From: Candidatus Limnocylindrales bacterium
GTDB taxonomy: Bacteria > Chloroflexota > Limnocylindria > Limnocylindrales > CSP1-4
Reading direction: 5' to 3'
Assembly: GCA_051306295.1 (NCBI GenBank)
Contig: JBPPMZ010000125.1
Span: 453 to 64,452 of the forward strand
DNA length: 64,000 nucleotides
Numbering within the stretch: position 1 is the stretch's first letter; each line of letters starts with the position of its first letter. Shown here one piece after another: positions 54,513-63,673 of the stretch. Under the pieces are notes generated by a model that made no database searches, had not been told where the DNA came from, and worked only from the letters and a program-made list of their open reading frames with translations. The position numbers were made by a program, and so were the translations under genes.

Positions 54513-54995
54513 ATGGAACAGGCCAAGGACCCCACCCGACCCGCGACCACTTGGGCCGATGCGTGGCGCGGCGTGCTGTTTGCGAGCGCCAAGGTGCTGC
54601 GTATCGCTGAGCGCGATCTCGTCGAGCGCGAGGGCTTCCCGATGGCATGGCTCGACGTCCTGGCCCAGCTCTACGACGCCTCCGACCACGGGCTCCGGAT
54701 GCAGGAACTCGAGGAGCGCTCGCTCTTCACGCGGAGCGGCCTGACCCGGCTCGTGGATCGTATCGAGGCGGCCGGTCTCGTGCGCCGAGAGCCGGTCCTC
54801 GGCGACCGGCGCGGAGTCCGCGTCGCCCTGACGCCCGAAGGGCGGCGGCGACACGACAAGGCGTTCGTCGAGCACATGCGCGTCATCGAGCGCGAGTTCG
54901 GCGGCCGGTTGACGCCGGCCGAGCAGCAGGCCGTGGCCGACGCCCTCGGCGGCTTCTGGCACGGCGATCTGGAGCGTCCGACGACGACCGGGTAG
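54513..54995 (+). CDS. MarR-family transcriptional regulator
   Basis: LRMQELEERSLFTRSGLTRLVDRIEAAGLVRREPVLGDRRGVRVALTPEGRR wHTH-wing pattern. Confidence 0.85.
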   Translation: MEQAKDPTRPATTWADAWRGVLFASAKVLRIAERDLVEREGFPMAWLDVLAQLYDASDHGLRMQELEERSLFTRSGLTRLVDRIEAAGLVRREPVLGDRRGVRVALTPEGRRRHDKAFVEHMRVIEREFGGRLTPAEQQAVADALGGFWHGDLERPTTTG

Positions 54996-55403
54996 GCCGA
55001 CGCCGCGCAGCCGTTGCGCCGAATGAGCCTCGCGAGCCCGGTTCCCGGCCCAACCCCGCAGGATCCATTCTCTATCGTGATGGGGGCCGCGCGCCACGGC
55101 AGCCGAAGGTTAAGCTCATCAGGGACTGGGCCGGCGCCCCGGCAGCGTCGACTCGCGAGTTCCACTACCAGAGTGACGCCATCGTCGAGGCGCCTGGACG
55201 GGGTCACCACCCATCGCTACCTGGTCGACGAGGGTGGCTCGATCCCGAGCACGAGGCGGCGATGGAGGAACGACGCGCGGCCGAGGCGGAAGAGGTAGAT
55301 GGCCATTCGGACTCCCCGTGAAGGTGGATGGAGCCTGGTCGAAGAAGGAAGACACCCGTTGAGGCGAACTTCGTGCGAGCGAGTGGACCTCGGCACGCCG
55401 AGG

Positions 55404-55916
55404 TCACTCGCGCGATCGATCGCTAGGCAACGCAGATGCCGGTGAGGACGGGGACTCTGCGTGCGCAATGCGCTCGCCTGCAGCGACGGCTCGACCGAGG
55501 AGGCCATGGAGGTCGGCCAAGTCGTCGTCGGTCAGCGCGTCGAAGACGGCGCGGAACCCTTCACGCCTCACGCCGAGGATCTCGTCGATGAGACCGGTGC
55601 CCGCGGCTGTGAGGACTACCTCAACGACCCGCCGGTCACGCTCCGGATGACGGCGCTCGACGAGGCCGTGGCGCTCGAGCCGATCAACGATGCCGGTCGC
55701 GGACGCGTTTCGCCTGGCCAGCCACTCGGCGATCTGGTGCATCGGCACGGGCCCGAATCGGCGGAGCTTCATGAGCAGCTGGATCTGCCCGATAGTCAGG
55801 TTGGTCTCGGCCCACGCGGGCGGCGCGATGTAGGTCCGCAGCCGAAGGATCGCCGACAGGTCATCGATCGCCTGCTCGACAAGGGCGCGGCTCGGCTCGT
55901 CCGTAGCTCCGCTCAC
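55404..55916 (-). CDS. MarR-family transcriptional regulator
   Basis: GTG 55916 overlaps the MFS stop (GTGA). MHQIAEWLARRNASATGIVDRLERHGLVERRHPERDRRVVEVVLTAAG. Confidence 0.85.
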   Translation of the reverse strand: MSGATDEPSRALVEQAIDDLSAILRLRTYIAPPAWAETNLTIGQIQLLMKLRRFGPVPMHQIAEWLARRNASATGIVDRLERHGLVERRHPERDRRVVEVVLTAAGTGLIDEILGVRREGFRAVFDALTDDDLADLHGLLGRAVAAGERIAHAESPSSPASALPSDRSRE

Positions 55917-57616
55917 TCCCGTTGGCCGGGGTTGCCGACCGCGGTCGACGAGGTGGCCAGCTTCGAGGGCGACTGGGGCTCGAGATCGTCGAGATCGTCG
56001 ATCAGCGGTTCGTGGTCCGAGTCGGACTGGCCGAGTTCGAGCATCAGCTCCCGGCCGGCCTCCTCCGCCGCCTGGAACCGGGTGTGCTTGCGAAGGGGGA
56101 TCTCGCGCAGGAGCAGCACCGCCACGAACGAGATCGCGATGAAGGGCAGGGCCGCCACGAAGACGTTGTGCGTCGCGAGGGCGAGGGCCTCGCGGATGGC
56201 CACCACGATCGGCGCGGGAAGCTGCCCGAGCTGCGCGGGGTCGAGCAGCGCGCCGACGCCCTGTCCCCCGCCCGCGGCACCCAGCTGCCCCAGGGCTTCG
56301 GGCGGCAGCCGCCGCGGGATCTCATCCTGCAGGGTCTGGGTCATCACTGTGCCGAGGAGCGCGATGCCGACAGTGCCCCCGATCGAGCGGGAGAGCTGGG
56401 TCGCGGCGGTCGCGATGCCCATGTCGCGGTGCTCGACGGCGTTCTGGACGATGAGCGTGAAGGTCTGCATCACCATGCCGAGGCCGAGCCCGATGACGAT
56501 CATGTTGCGCACGACGATCTCGTTCGTCGTGCTGGTGTCCATCTGGGCGAGCAGCAGGAAGCCGATAGCGAGCGCGCCAACGCCGGTGATGATCGGGAGC
56601 TTGTAGTGCCCGGTCCGCGTGATGAACTGGCCATTGATCACGCTGGCGACGACGAGGCTCAGGCTCATCGGGATCAGCAGCGCGCCGGAGTTGGTCGCGC
56701 TGTCGCCGATGACGCCTTGGACGAAGACCGGGATGAAGTAGATCGCGCCGAACATGCCCATCGCGACCGCGAGGCCCGCAATGTTGGACAGGGTGAACGT
56801 TCGGATCCGCCACAGGTGCAGCGGGATGATGGGCTCCACGGCGCGCGACTCGATGACCACGAACCCGACGATCGCGACCACCGACACGGCGTACAGCCCG
56901 ATGATCTCGACCGACCCCCACGGGTACTGCGTCCCGCCCCAGACGGTGGCCAGCAGGCCCGTCAGCAGGGCGATCGACAGGGCGAAGATGCCGGGATAGT
57001 CGATCGCGTGCGGGCGGCGGACGTGGGGAATGTGCATGAAGGGCACGATGAACCCGAGCGCGAGCAGCCCGACCGGCACGTTGAGGAAGAACAGCCAGCG
57101 CCACGTGGCGTTGTCGGTAAGGTAGCCGCCGACGAACGGGCCGACCACCGAGGCGAGACCGAAGACGGCGCCGATGAGCCCCTGGTACTTGCCCCGCTCG
57201 CGGGGCGAGACGATGTCGCCGATGATCGCCTGCGACAGCGGCATCATCGTGCCCATGCCGACACCCTGGACGACCCGGGCGAGGATCAGCGTCTCGAACG
57301 TCGGCGCGAGCCCGGCCAGCACCGAGCCGACCAGGAAGATGACGATCCCGCCGACGTAGAACGGCTTCCTGCCGTACAGGTCCGAGAGCTTGCCCGCGAT
57401 GGGGACCGTGATCGTGGAGGCGATCAGGGCGGACACCGCGATCCAGCTGTAGTGCTCGAACCCGCCGAGCTCGGCGACGATCCGCGGCATCGCCGGCGCG
57501 ACGACCGTCTGGCTGAGAGATGACAGGAACATGCCGAGCATCAGCCCGGTGAAGATCCGGCGGACGTTCGGTGCGGTGACGACGGGCTCGTCGAGATCCA
57601 TCTGTGCGGTCGTCAC
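55913..57616 (-). CDS. MFS transporter, DHA2 (EmrB/QacA, 14-TMS) drug-efflux type
   Basis: 567 aa. Motif A-like GKLSDLYGRKP. 14 hydrophobic segments by eye. GTG 57616 overlaps the upstream marR stop. Confidence 0.85.
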   Translation of the reverse strand: MTTAQMDLDEPVVTAPNVRRIFTGLMLGMFLSSLSQTVVAPAMPRIVAELGGFEHYSWIAVSALIASTITVPIAGKLSDLYGRKPFYVGGIVIFLVGSVLAGLAPTFETLILARVVQGVGMGTMMPLSQAIIGDIVSPRERGKYQGLIGAVFGLASVVGPFVGGYLTDNATWRWLFFLNVPVGLLALGFIVPFMHIPHVRRPHAIDYPGIFALSIALLTGLLATVWGGTQYPWGSVEIIGLYAVSVVAIVGFVVIESRAVEPIIPLHLWRIRTFTLSNIAGLAVAMGMFGAIYFIPVFVQGVIGDSATNSGALLIPMSLSLVVASVINGQFITRTGHYKLPIITGVGALAIGFLLLAQMDTSTTNEIVVRNMIVIGLGLGMVMQTFTLIVQNAVEHRDMGIATAATQLSRSIGGTVGIALLGTVMTQTLQDEIPRRLPPEALGQLGAAGGGQGVGALLDPAQLGQLPAPIVVAIREALALATHNVFVAALPFIAISFVAVLLLREIPLRKHTRFQAAEEAGRELMLELGQSDSDHEPLIDDLDDLEPQSPSKLATSSTAVGNPGQRE

Positions 57617-58095
57617 AATCCTGAATGCTCCCTATGGGCGGGTGAGGCGGGGTCGAAGACTCGACGGAGGTCTCCGAAGGCGGCCTCGAGGCGTCGGCGC
57701 TCGGCAGGGGTCAGTCGCTCGAGGACCTCGTCGAGGGCCTCGGCGACCACCTGCTCGCCACGCGCCAACTCGGCACGACCCGAATCGGTGAGGGCGAGCA
57801 TGACGGACCGTCGATCGGCCGAATTGGCGATCCGCATGGCCAGGTGATCGGCGACCAGGCCGTCCGCCAGACGGGTCAATGCCGCCGGCGACAGGACGAT
57901 CTGGCCGGCGAGGTCGCTGCTCCGCAGCGGCCTCGCTTGCAGCACGTGCAGCGCCTTGAACCGTTCCACCGAGATCGCTCCGCGCTCGCGGAGACGCCGT
58001 CCGAGATAGCGGACGAGCGGCGTGAGCACGGTGAGCACGAGGTCGGCGATCTCGCTGCTACCGGACGGAGCAAGGGGCTGTCTGGAAGTTCTCAT
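57613..58095 (-). CDS. MarR-family transcriptional regulator
   Basis: ATG 58095 (TTG 58107 is an alternative). LRSSDLAGQIVLSPAALTRLADGLVADHLAMRIANSADRRSVMLALTDSGR. Confidence 0.8.
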   Translation of the reverse strand: MRTSRQPLAPSGSSEIADLVLTVLTPLVRYLGRRLRERGAISVERFKALHVLQARPLRSSDLAGQIVLSPAALTRLADGLVADHLAMRIANSADRRSVMLALTDSGRAELARGEQVVAEALDEVLERLTPAERRRLEAAFGDLRRVFDPASPAHREHSGL

Positions 58096-58128
58096 TGCAG
58101 TCTGCAATAGTATTGACCTGCAAGGTCA
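58094..58128. promoter_or_regulatory. Two adjacent palindromes ATTGCAGTCTGCAAT (58094-58108) and TGACCTgcaAGGTCA (58114-58128) in a divergent promoter region
   Basis: Read from the sequence, in the AT-richer spacer between marR (minus strand) and the cytidylate-kinase-like gene (plus strand). Confidence 0.45.
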
Positions 58129-58155
58129 TCTGTCCAATCCGAGGCCAAAGGGACC

Positions 58156-58830
58156 ATGGCGATCATCACCATCAGTCGCGAGTTCGGAGCCGGCGGGTCG
58201 TCAGTCGCGAGGATCCTTGCCGCCGATCTCGCGGCCGACGTCGTCGATGGCGCGCTGGTGACCGAGGTCGCTCGCCGCCTGGCGGTCCCGGAGCCTGACG
58301 TCGAGCGCGAGGATGAGCGCCCGGAGACGTTCGCCGATCGACTGCTGGCGACGCTCAGGTACCTCGCGCCGGCGCAAGAGTTCTCGTGGCAACCTCAGGT
58401 TGACGGCAAGCTCGTCGAGCCTCGACAGGAGATCGTGAGGCTGACTCAGGAGCTGATCCGCGAGGTTGCGCGGCTTGGCAATGCCGTCGTCGTTGGGCGC
58501 GGCGGAGCCTTCATCCTGCGTGATCACCCGAACGCGCTGCACGTCTTTCTGATCGCTCCCGAGGAGGTGCGCCTCGGGACGGTCATGAGCCGGCTGATGG
58601 TGAACGAGCAGGCTGCGCGCCTTCGGATGCACAAGGCCGATGCTGACCGCGCCGCCTACATCCGGCAGCTCTACCACGCCGACTGGCGCGACAGTGCCAA
58701 CTACGACCTTGTGATCAACACGGGCCGGTTCGGCGTCGCGCGCGCCGCCGACATGGTCGTCGATGCGGTCGCCCGGCGACTCGGGAGAGAACCGGGGTCG
58801 ATGTCGTTGCCCACTCCGGTGGCCGAGTGA
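58156..58830 (+). CDS. Cytidylate-kinase-like family (Cytidylate_kin2) P-loop protein
   Basis: MAIITISREFGAGGSSVARILAADL N-terminal signature of the family. Confidence 0.7.
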   Translation: MAIITISREFGAGGSSVARILAADLAADVVDGALVTEVARRLAVPEPDVEREDERPETFADRLLATLRYLAPAQEFSWQPQVDGKLVEPRQEIVRLTQELIREVARLGNAVVVGRGGAFILRDHPNALHVFLIAPEEVRLGTVMSRLMVNEQAARLRMHKADADRAAYIRQLYHADWRDSANYDLVINTGRFGVARAADMVVDAVARRLGREPGSMSLPTPVAE

Positions 58831-58838
58831 GTCGTTGA

Positions 58839-59084
58839 ATGGCCGATCGGGACCGCGGTGACGCCGATCCATTGCGCCTGATTGCGGCCTGGTTCGAAGA
58901 TGACAGGGACTCTGAGGCTGCCCTGAACGAGCTTCGGGGCACCAGACCGGAGTTGAGCGTGGTTCGCTCCAGCACGCTCGACGAGCCCGTCGATCCTGTT
59001 GCCGCAGGGCACGTGCTGATCGCTCGCGTTCCCGCAGCCCAGGTGTCGTGGGTAAGTCGACTCTGCTTCGGGGGTGATCGATGA
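58839..59084 (+). CDS. Small hypothetical protein (81 aa); the C-terminus may be IS-derived
   Basis: ATG 58839. Overlaps the transposase fragment start by 11 nt. No family recognised. Confidence 0.3.
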   Translation: MADRDRGDADPLRLIAAWFEDDRDSEAALNELRGTRPELSVVRSSTLDEPVDPVAAGHVLIARVPAAQVSWVSRLCFGGDR

Positions 59085-59855
59085 GGCGGCCATCCGGATG
59101 CGCTACGGGGCACTGTCGGCGGCCCTCGACGAGCGGGCCCGGCGGCTCCTGCTGGGCGCCGAGGCACTCGCCGCGGGACGGGGCGGCCAGGCCGCGGTAA
59201 CCCGCGCGACGGGCGCCTCGCCCGCGACGATCCGGCGCGGCCTCATCGAGATCGGTGAGCCGGTCGGGCAGCTCGCCGGGGGCCGGATCCGCCGGCCGGG
59301 CGGCGGCCGCAAGCGGACGGTCGAGCTTGACCCGACCCTGCGGACCGACCTCGAAGCGCTCATCGAGCCGACCACCCGGGGCGATCCCGAGTCACCGTTG
59401 CGCTGGACGACCAAGAGCGTCCGCCGGCTCGCGGCGGAGCTCGGGCGGCAGGGCCATCGGGTCAGCTACCGGATCGTCGGCGAGCTCCTCCACGAGATGG
59501 GCTACAGCCTGCAGGCCAACCGCAAGACCCTCGCCGGGACCGACCACCCCGACCGCAACGCCCAGTTCGCCCATCTCAACGCGGCGGTCCAGCTGCAGCT
59601 CAGCCTGGGCCAGCCGGTCATCAGTGTCGACACCAAGAAGAAGGATCTCGTCGGCCCGTTCAGGAACACGGGCAAGGAGCTCCGCCCGAAGGGCGACCCG
59701 GAGCGGGTGCTGATGCACGACTTCCTGATCCCCGAGCTCGGCCGGGTCAGTCCCTACGGGGTCTCCGACGTCGCCCACAACGAGGCCTGGGTCAGCGTCG
59801 GGACCGACCACGACACGGCCGCCTTCGCCGTCGAGAGCATCCGGCGCTGGTGGGC
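59074..59855 (+). pseudogene. ISAzo13-family transposase, 3'-truncated (N-terminal ~260 codons only)
   Basis: RYGALSAALDERARRLLLGAEALAAGRGGQAAVTRATGASPATIRRG...RWTTKSVRRLAAEL...PDRNAQFAHLN...ISVDTKKKDLVG...AFAVESIRRWW. The family match stops near 59850 and the rest of the DDE core is absent. Confidence 0.75.
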
Positions 59856-60479
59856 ATGCTCCCGCACCGGGTCGATCCGAACACGCCGATGGAGGAGACC
59901 CTGGGCGCGCTCGATACCGCTGTGCGCTCGGGCAAGGCGCTGTATGCCGGCATCTCGTCCTACTCTGCGGAGCGGACGCGGGCAGCTGCCGGGATCCTGC
60001 GCGACCTCGGCACGCCGCTGCTCATCCACCAGCCGTCGTACTCGATGCTGAATCGCTGGGTGGAGGACGGCCTGACCGACGTGCTCGAGGCGGAGGGGGT
60101 CGGGGCCATCGCATTCTCTCCGCTCGCGCAGGGTCTGCTCACGGATCGCTACCTCGGCGGCATCCCAGCCGATTCACGCGCCGCCCGGCAAGGCTCGTTC
60201 TCCCAGGATCGCCTGACCGACGAGACGCTGGCCCGGGTGCGAGCCCTCGACGATATCGCGAAGGGCCGCGGTCAGACGCTCGCCCAGATGGCCATCGCCT
60301 GGATCGTCCGCGACCCCCGGATCACCTCGGCGCTGGTCGGCGCGAGCTCGGTCGAGCAGCTGACCGACACGCTGGGCGCGCTCGACCGGCTCGACTTCAG
60401 CGCCGACGAGCTGGCCGAGATCGACCGCCACGCGGTCGAGAGCGGCATCAACCTGTGGGTGCCATCGATCACGGCCTGA
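59856..60479 (+). pseudogene. Aldo-keto reductase (YghZ/Mgr-like), 5'-truncated fragment
   Basis: HRVDPNTPMEETLGALDTAVRSGKALYAGISSYS...LLIHQPSYSMLNRWVE...IAFSPLAQGLLTDRYL... corresponds to roughly the C-terminal two thirds of YghZ-type AKRs. No N-terminal third is present upstream. Confidence 0.75.
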
Positions 60480-60656
60480 CCCAGCCGGCGTGCGCCCAGC
60501 GAAGCAGGTGACCGCCGATCGGTGGCCCACCCGCCGAACGCTGCGCTGAGCGGCTGGCCTGGCGGGCGACGGGCGCACGAACCGCTGATCGCTTCGCTGA
60601 ACGAACAGATCGACCACCTCGCCCGTCACCTGCTGCGCCCAGCGAAGCGAGCCCGG

Positions 60657-61199
60657 TCAGACGAGCTCGTCGCGGAGCAGGTCCAGGAGCAGGCCGTCGT
60701 GGAACGTGCCATCCGGGCCGCGTTCGTAGCGGCGCTGGACGCCGACCGGGCGGAAGCCGATGGCCGTGTACGTCCGGATCGCACGTTCGTTGGCCGCGGA
60801 GGGGTCGATGGTCAGCCGATGGTGGCCGCGCTCCTCGAACAGCCAGCGGGCAGCGGTCCGGATCGCGTCCGAGCCCAGACCCCGCCCCTGGAACGCCGCC
60901 CCCAGGAACAGGTCGATGCCGGCGTGGCGGTAGTCGGGGTCCGATTCTTCGGCGGTCTGGAGGCTGCCGGCGACCGCGCCATCGACCTCGATCGTCCAGA
61001 CCGTCGTGTCCGGGTCGGGATCCAGCCAGTCATCGGCGACATCCAGGTCCGGCCGGACGGGTCCCCACCAACGGGCGACGGACGGGTCCTGAAGGTGCGT
61101 CCGCAGGATCGCGACGTCCTCCGGCTCGACCGGCCGCAGGTCCACGCGGCCACCGCGCAGGGTCGGGGCGGGCGCGCGCGGCTCGTCAGGCGGGCTCAA
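60657..61199 (-). CDS. GNAT-family N-acetyltransferase
   Basis: LRGGRVDLRPVEPEDV...FQGRGLGSDAIRTAARWLFEERGHHRLTIDPSAANERAIRTYTAIGF. Start TTG 61199 is tentative. The rest of the 412-aa track ORF is out-of-frame overlap with the thioesterase gene. Confidence 0.7.
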   Translation of the reverse strand: MSPPDEPRAPAPTLRGGRVDLRPVEPEDVAILRTHLQDPSVARWWGPVRPDLDVADDWLDPDPDTTVWTIEVDGAVAGSLQTAEESDPDYRHAGIDLFLGAAFQGRGLGSDAIRTAARWLFEERGHHRLTIDPSAANERAIRTYTAIGFRPVGVQRRYERGPDGTFHDGLLLDLLRDELV

Positions 61200-61959
61200 G
61201 GCGAGCCCGCAGGAGGGCGGTGCCGTCGGCGTCGTCCACGCGGCAGGACCATCCGGCACCGCCCGGGTCCGACCAGGTGGTGGCCTGGACGGTCGCCGCC
61301 CGTTCGGCCGAGCGGGCGTACTCGAGGCGCGCCAGGCGAGGCAGCGCGCGCGTCGCCGCGATACCCGCCTCCCCACCGGCCGCGATGACCCGCTCATCGA
61401 GCCAGTCCGCATACACGGCGTTGTTGGCGTGATCCATCGGGTCGAGCTCCTGTGGCCGAACGGTGAACGTGGCCCGTTCGGCGTCGGGCGGTCCCTCGCC
61501 AAGGTCCACGCGGGCCAGGGCGAAGGCGGCCGGCGGCGCACCGAAGGCCGCGTCGAACTCGGGCGGGATGCGCGTCGGCGCCCCGCGCCCGTCGAGCAGG
61601 ATCCAGTCGATATTGCACCAGACCACCAACTCGCCGGCTGCGTCGCGGAACTCGGAGCGGCGACGCGCCCAGACCCGCCGGAACCCGACAGCCTTCGTCG
61701 CCCCCTGCAGTACATCACCGACGCGCACGGGACGGAGCACCGCCACCTCAGCCGCCCGGACCAGCCATCCGATACCGCGGGCTGCATACCACGCCCGGTC
61801 GATGCCGACGAGGGCGGAGTGATGGCTGGCGAGATCCTGCGCGTAGCGAAGCAGCACGCTCGTGCGCAACAGCCCGTCCGGGCCGCACTCGTCAAAGCGG
61901 ACCCGGAACGGGGACCGGCCGATCCTGGCGGTCTCGTCGGCCTCGATCATGGCCGTCAT
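61186..61959 (-). CDS. Acyl-ACP thioesterase-family (double hotdog) protein
   Basis: FRVRFDECGPDGLLRTSVLLRYAQDLASHHS...GWLVRAAEVAV...VRPQELDPMDHANNAVYADWL pattern. Confidence 0.7.
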   Translation of the reverse strand: MTAMIEADETARIGRSPFRVRFDECGPDGLLRTSVLLRYAQDLASHHSALVGIDRAWYAARGIGWLVRAAEVAVLRPVRVGDVLQGATKAVGFRRVWARRRSEFRDAAGELVVWCNIDWILLDGRGAPTRIPPEFDAAFGAPPAAFALARVDLGEGPPDAERATFTVRPQELDPMDHANNAVYADWLDERVIAAGGEAGIAATRALPRLARLEYARSAERAATVQATTWSDPGGAGWSCRVDDADGTALLRARLEPA

Positions 61960-62624
61960 CGCGAGGCCAGTCGACCAAGGGCCTCGAGGCCGATGACCTC
62001 CGTCCCGGCGCGCGGCGCCGTCTGTCGATCAAGGCGCACCGCGCACGACCGCGCGGCGTCGAACACGACCAGCCCGACCCGCAGCGGCTCGTCCTCGTCA
62101 GCGGCGTGCGTCCGGGCGTCGTCGAGCTGGTGCAGCACGTCCGCATTGATGCCGCGCGCGCCCCACTTGCAGTCCCAGGCCTCGGCCGCGCCGTCGCGCT
62201 CGACGGTCACGTCATAGGGATGGATCTCCGCCCGGACGCCATCGAACAGGATGCGGCGCTCGCGATGGACGACGGTCGCTGGCAGGCGGCGTGCCAGCAG
62301 CTGCGCGGTGAGCTCCTCGACGATGGCGCCCCGGAACTGGCTCCGCACCTGCTCGCCCCGGTCCGCGACCTGCAGCGCGACCGCGAGTACGGCGTCGGCG
62401 TGCTCGCGGGGCTCGGCGGCGACACCCGCCCCGAACAGGGTCGGGAACATCGTTCGCCATATCTCGGGCTCGATGGACTCGCCGTTCATGACGGCCCGGG
62501 CCAGGACGCGCTCAGCGTGGCTCGCGTCGGCGAGCAACGCCGCAGCCCGGGCCACGAGCGGGTCGGCCTGGATCCCGGCATACACGACGGCGCGCCCATC
62601 GCGTGCCGCGTCCTGGAACCTCAT
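61956..62624 (-). CDS. Hypothetical protein (222 aa), possible PD-(D/E)xK nuclease-like fold
   Basis: ATGA overlaps at both ends. HPYD-x13-DCK resembles a D...(D/E)xK motif, but this is weak. Confidence 0.5.
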   Translation of the reverse strand: MRFQDAARDGRAVVYAGIQADPLVARAAALLADASHAERVLARAVMNGESIEPEIWRTMFPTLFGAGVAAEPREHADAVLAVALQVADRGEQVRSQFRGAIVEELTAQLLARRLPATVVHRERRILFDGVRAEIHPYDVTVERDGAAEAWDCKWGARGINADVLHQLDDARTHAADEDEPLRVGLVVFDAARSCAVRLDRQTAPRAGTEVIGLEALGRLASR

Positions 62625-62926
62625 GGCTGCTCGCCCAGGGCCAGGAGCACGACCTGCGGGAAGGTGGACAGCCAGTCGATCGCCCGATGCGGGTCCGTCA
62701 GACGGCCGATCTCCGCGCAGGCCGCGTCGATGGCCGCTTCCACCTCCGGCTCCACGACACTCCCGCCGCGGGTCGCGACGACCTCGTCGATCCGGTCACG
62801 CCACGCGCCCGACAGGTCGTTGACATAGGACCACTCGTCCTCGATGTCCTCGCCCAGCGACGTCAGGGCCTCGTAGGCCTCCAGGGCGCGCGCGATGACG
62901 TCATCGACGGTGGTGGATCCGGGCAT
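62621..62926 (-). CDS. Hypothetical acidic protein (101 aa)
   Basis: ATG 62926. Its stop overlaps the downstream ATG (ATGA). No family recognised. Confidence 0.5.
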   Translation of the reverse strand: MPGSTTVDDVIARALEAYEALTSLGEDIEDEWSYVNDLSGAWRDRIDEVVATRGGSVVEPEVEAAIDAACAEIGRLTDPHRAIDWLSTFPQVVLLALGEQP

Positions 62927-62978
62927 CCCGTGAAGCGTACGGCCGTCCGCGCGACCGCGCTGCGGAAGCCGTCGCCGG

Positions 62979-63269
62979 TCAGCGGTCCGGAACGGCGGTC
63001 GGCGGCACCGAGCGGCTGAGGCGGGGCAGTGTTCGGCGGGCACCCCGGCCCAGACGGCGCTCCGCCCGGGTGGGACGACCGGCGTCGCGCAGCAGGCTCA
63101 GGAGGCTCCGACGGGCCCGTTCGTCCCATGCGCGCGAGTAAGCCGCCGTCGCCTGGCGACGGACGCGACCGGCCGCCGCACGCTCCCCGCCCGCCTCGAG
63201 TTCGGCGACGCGGTCAAGGATGGCGCGGTACAGCGCGGGCAGCTCTTCTGCTGGGCTGGTCGGGTCCAC
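62979..63269 (-). CDS. Hypothetical small protein (about 96 aa)
   Basis: GTG 63269. Helical Arg/Ala-rich sequence. The upstream part of the 253-aa track ORF overlaps the acylphosphatase gene out of frame. Confidence 0.35.
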   Translation of the reverse strand: MDPTSPAEELPALYRAILDRVAELEAGGERAAAGRVRRQATAAYSRAWDERARRSLLSLLRDAGRPTRAERRLGRGARRTLPRLSRSVPPTAVPDR

Positions 63270-63346
63270 ATGGACACGATGGGCCTCGGCGCCGTCCGCG
63301 GGAATAGCCCAGCGGTCCCGTTCGTGCGCGCCGAACGGGTCAGCCG

Positions 63347-63673
63347 TCAGTCCCCCGTGTGCCCGCCGCTGCGGATCCCGAACGGCCGGAGCGTGCCGGT
63401 CCCAGGCCCCCACGCCGCGATCACCCGCTCGACCTGGGCGCTGGCCGGACCGGTCTCGAGCGTCGCCATGAGGGTCTCCAGGTCCGGGCGCGGACCCTCG
63501 GCGCGGCAATGGACAGAGCCGTCCGACTCGTTGGCGACCCAACCGGTCAGCCCGAGGTCCATGGCGCGGCGAAGCACGTGGTAGCGGAAGCCGACACCCT
63601 GCACCCGACCTCGGACCGTGGCGTCGAGACGGACGACGCCGCCCGGCCCGCTGCCCGGCTCGCGGCCACTCAC
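63347..63673 (-). CDS. Acylphosphatase
   Basis: VRGRVQGVGFRYHVLRRAMDLGLTGWVANESDGSV signature. GTG 63673 overlaps the upstream stop. Confidence 0.8.
   Translation of the reverse strand: MSGREPGSGPGGVVRLDATVRGRVQGVGFRYHVLRRAMDLGLTGWVANESDGSVHCRAEGPRPDLETLMATLETGPASAQVERVIAAWGPGTGTLRPFGIRSGGHTGD

Noticed and set aside
55217-55306. Short minus-strand ORF MAIYLFRLGRASFLHRRLVLGI resembling an MMPL N-terminus
   Set aside because: Only about 22 residues of similarity, followed by a stop and no TM continuation in any frame. That is too short to call as a feature, so it is mentioned only as possible gene debris.
61200-61895. N-terminal 230 codons of the 412-aa minus-strand ORF containing the GNAT domain
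   Set aside because: This part is an out-of-frame overlap with the acyl-ACP-thioesterase-family gene and is Arg/Pro/Ser-rich. GNAT similarity starts only near 61199.
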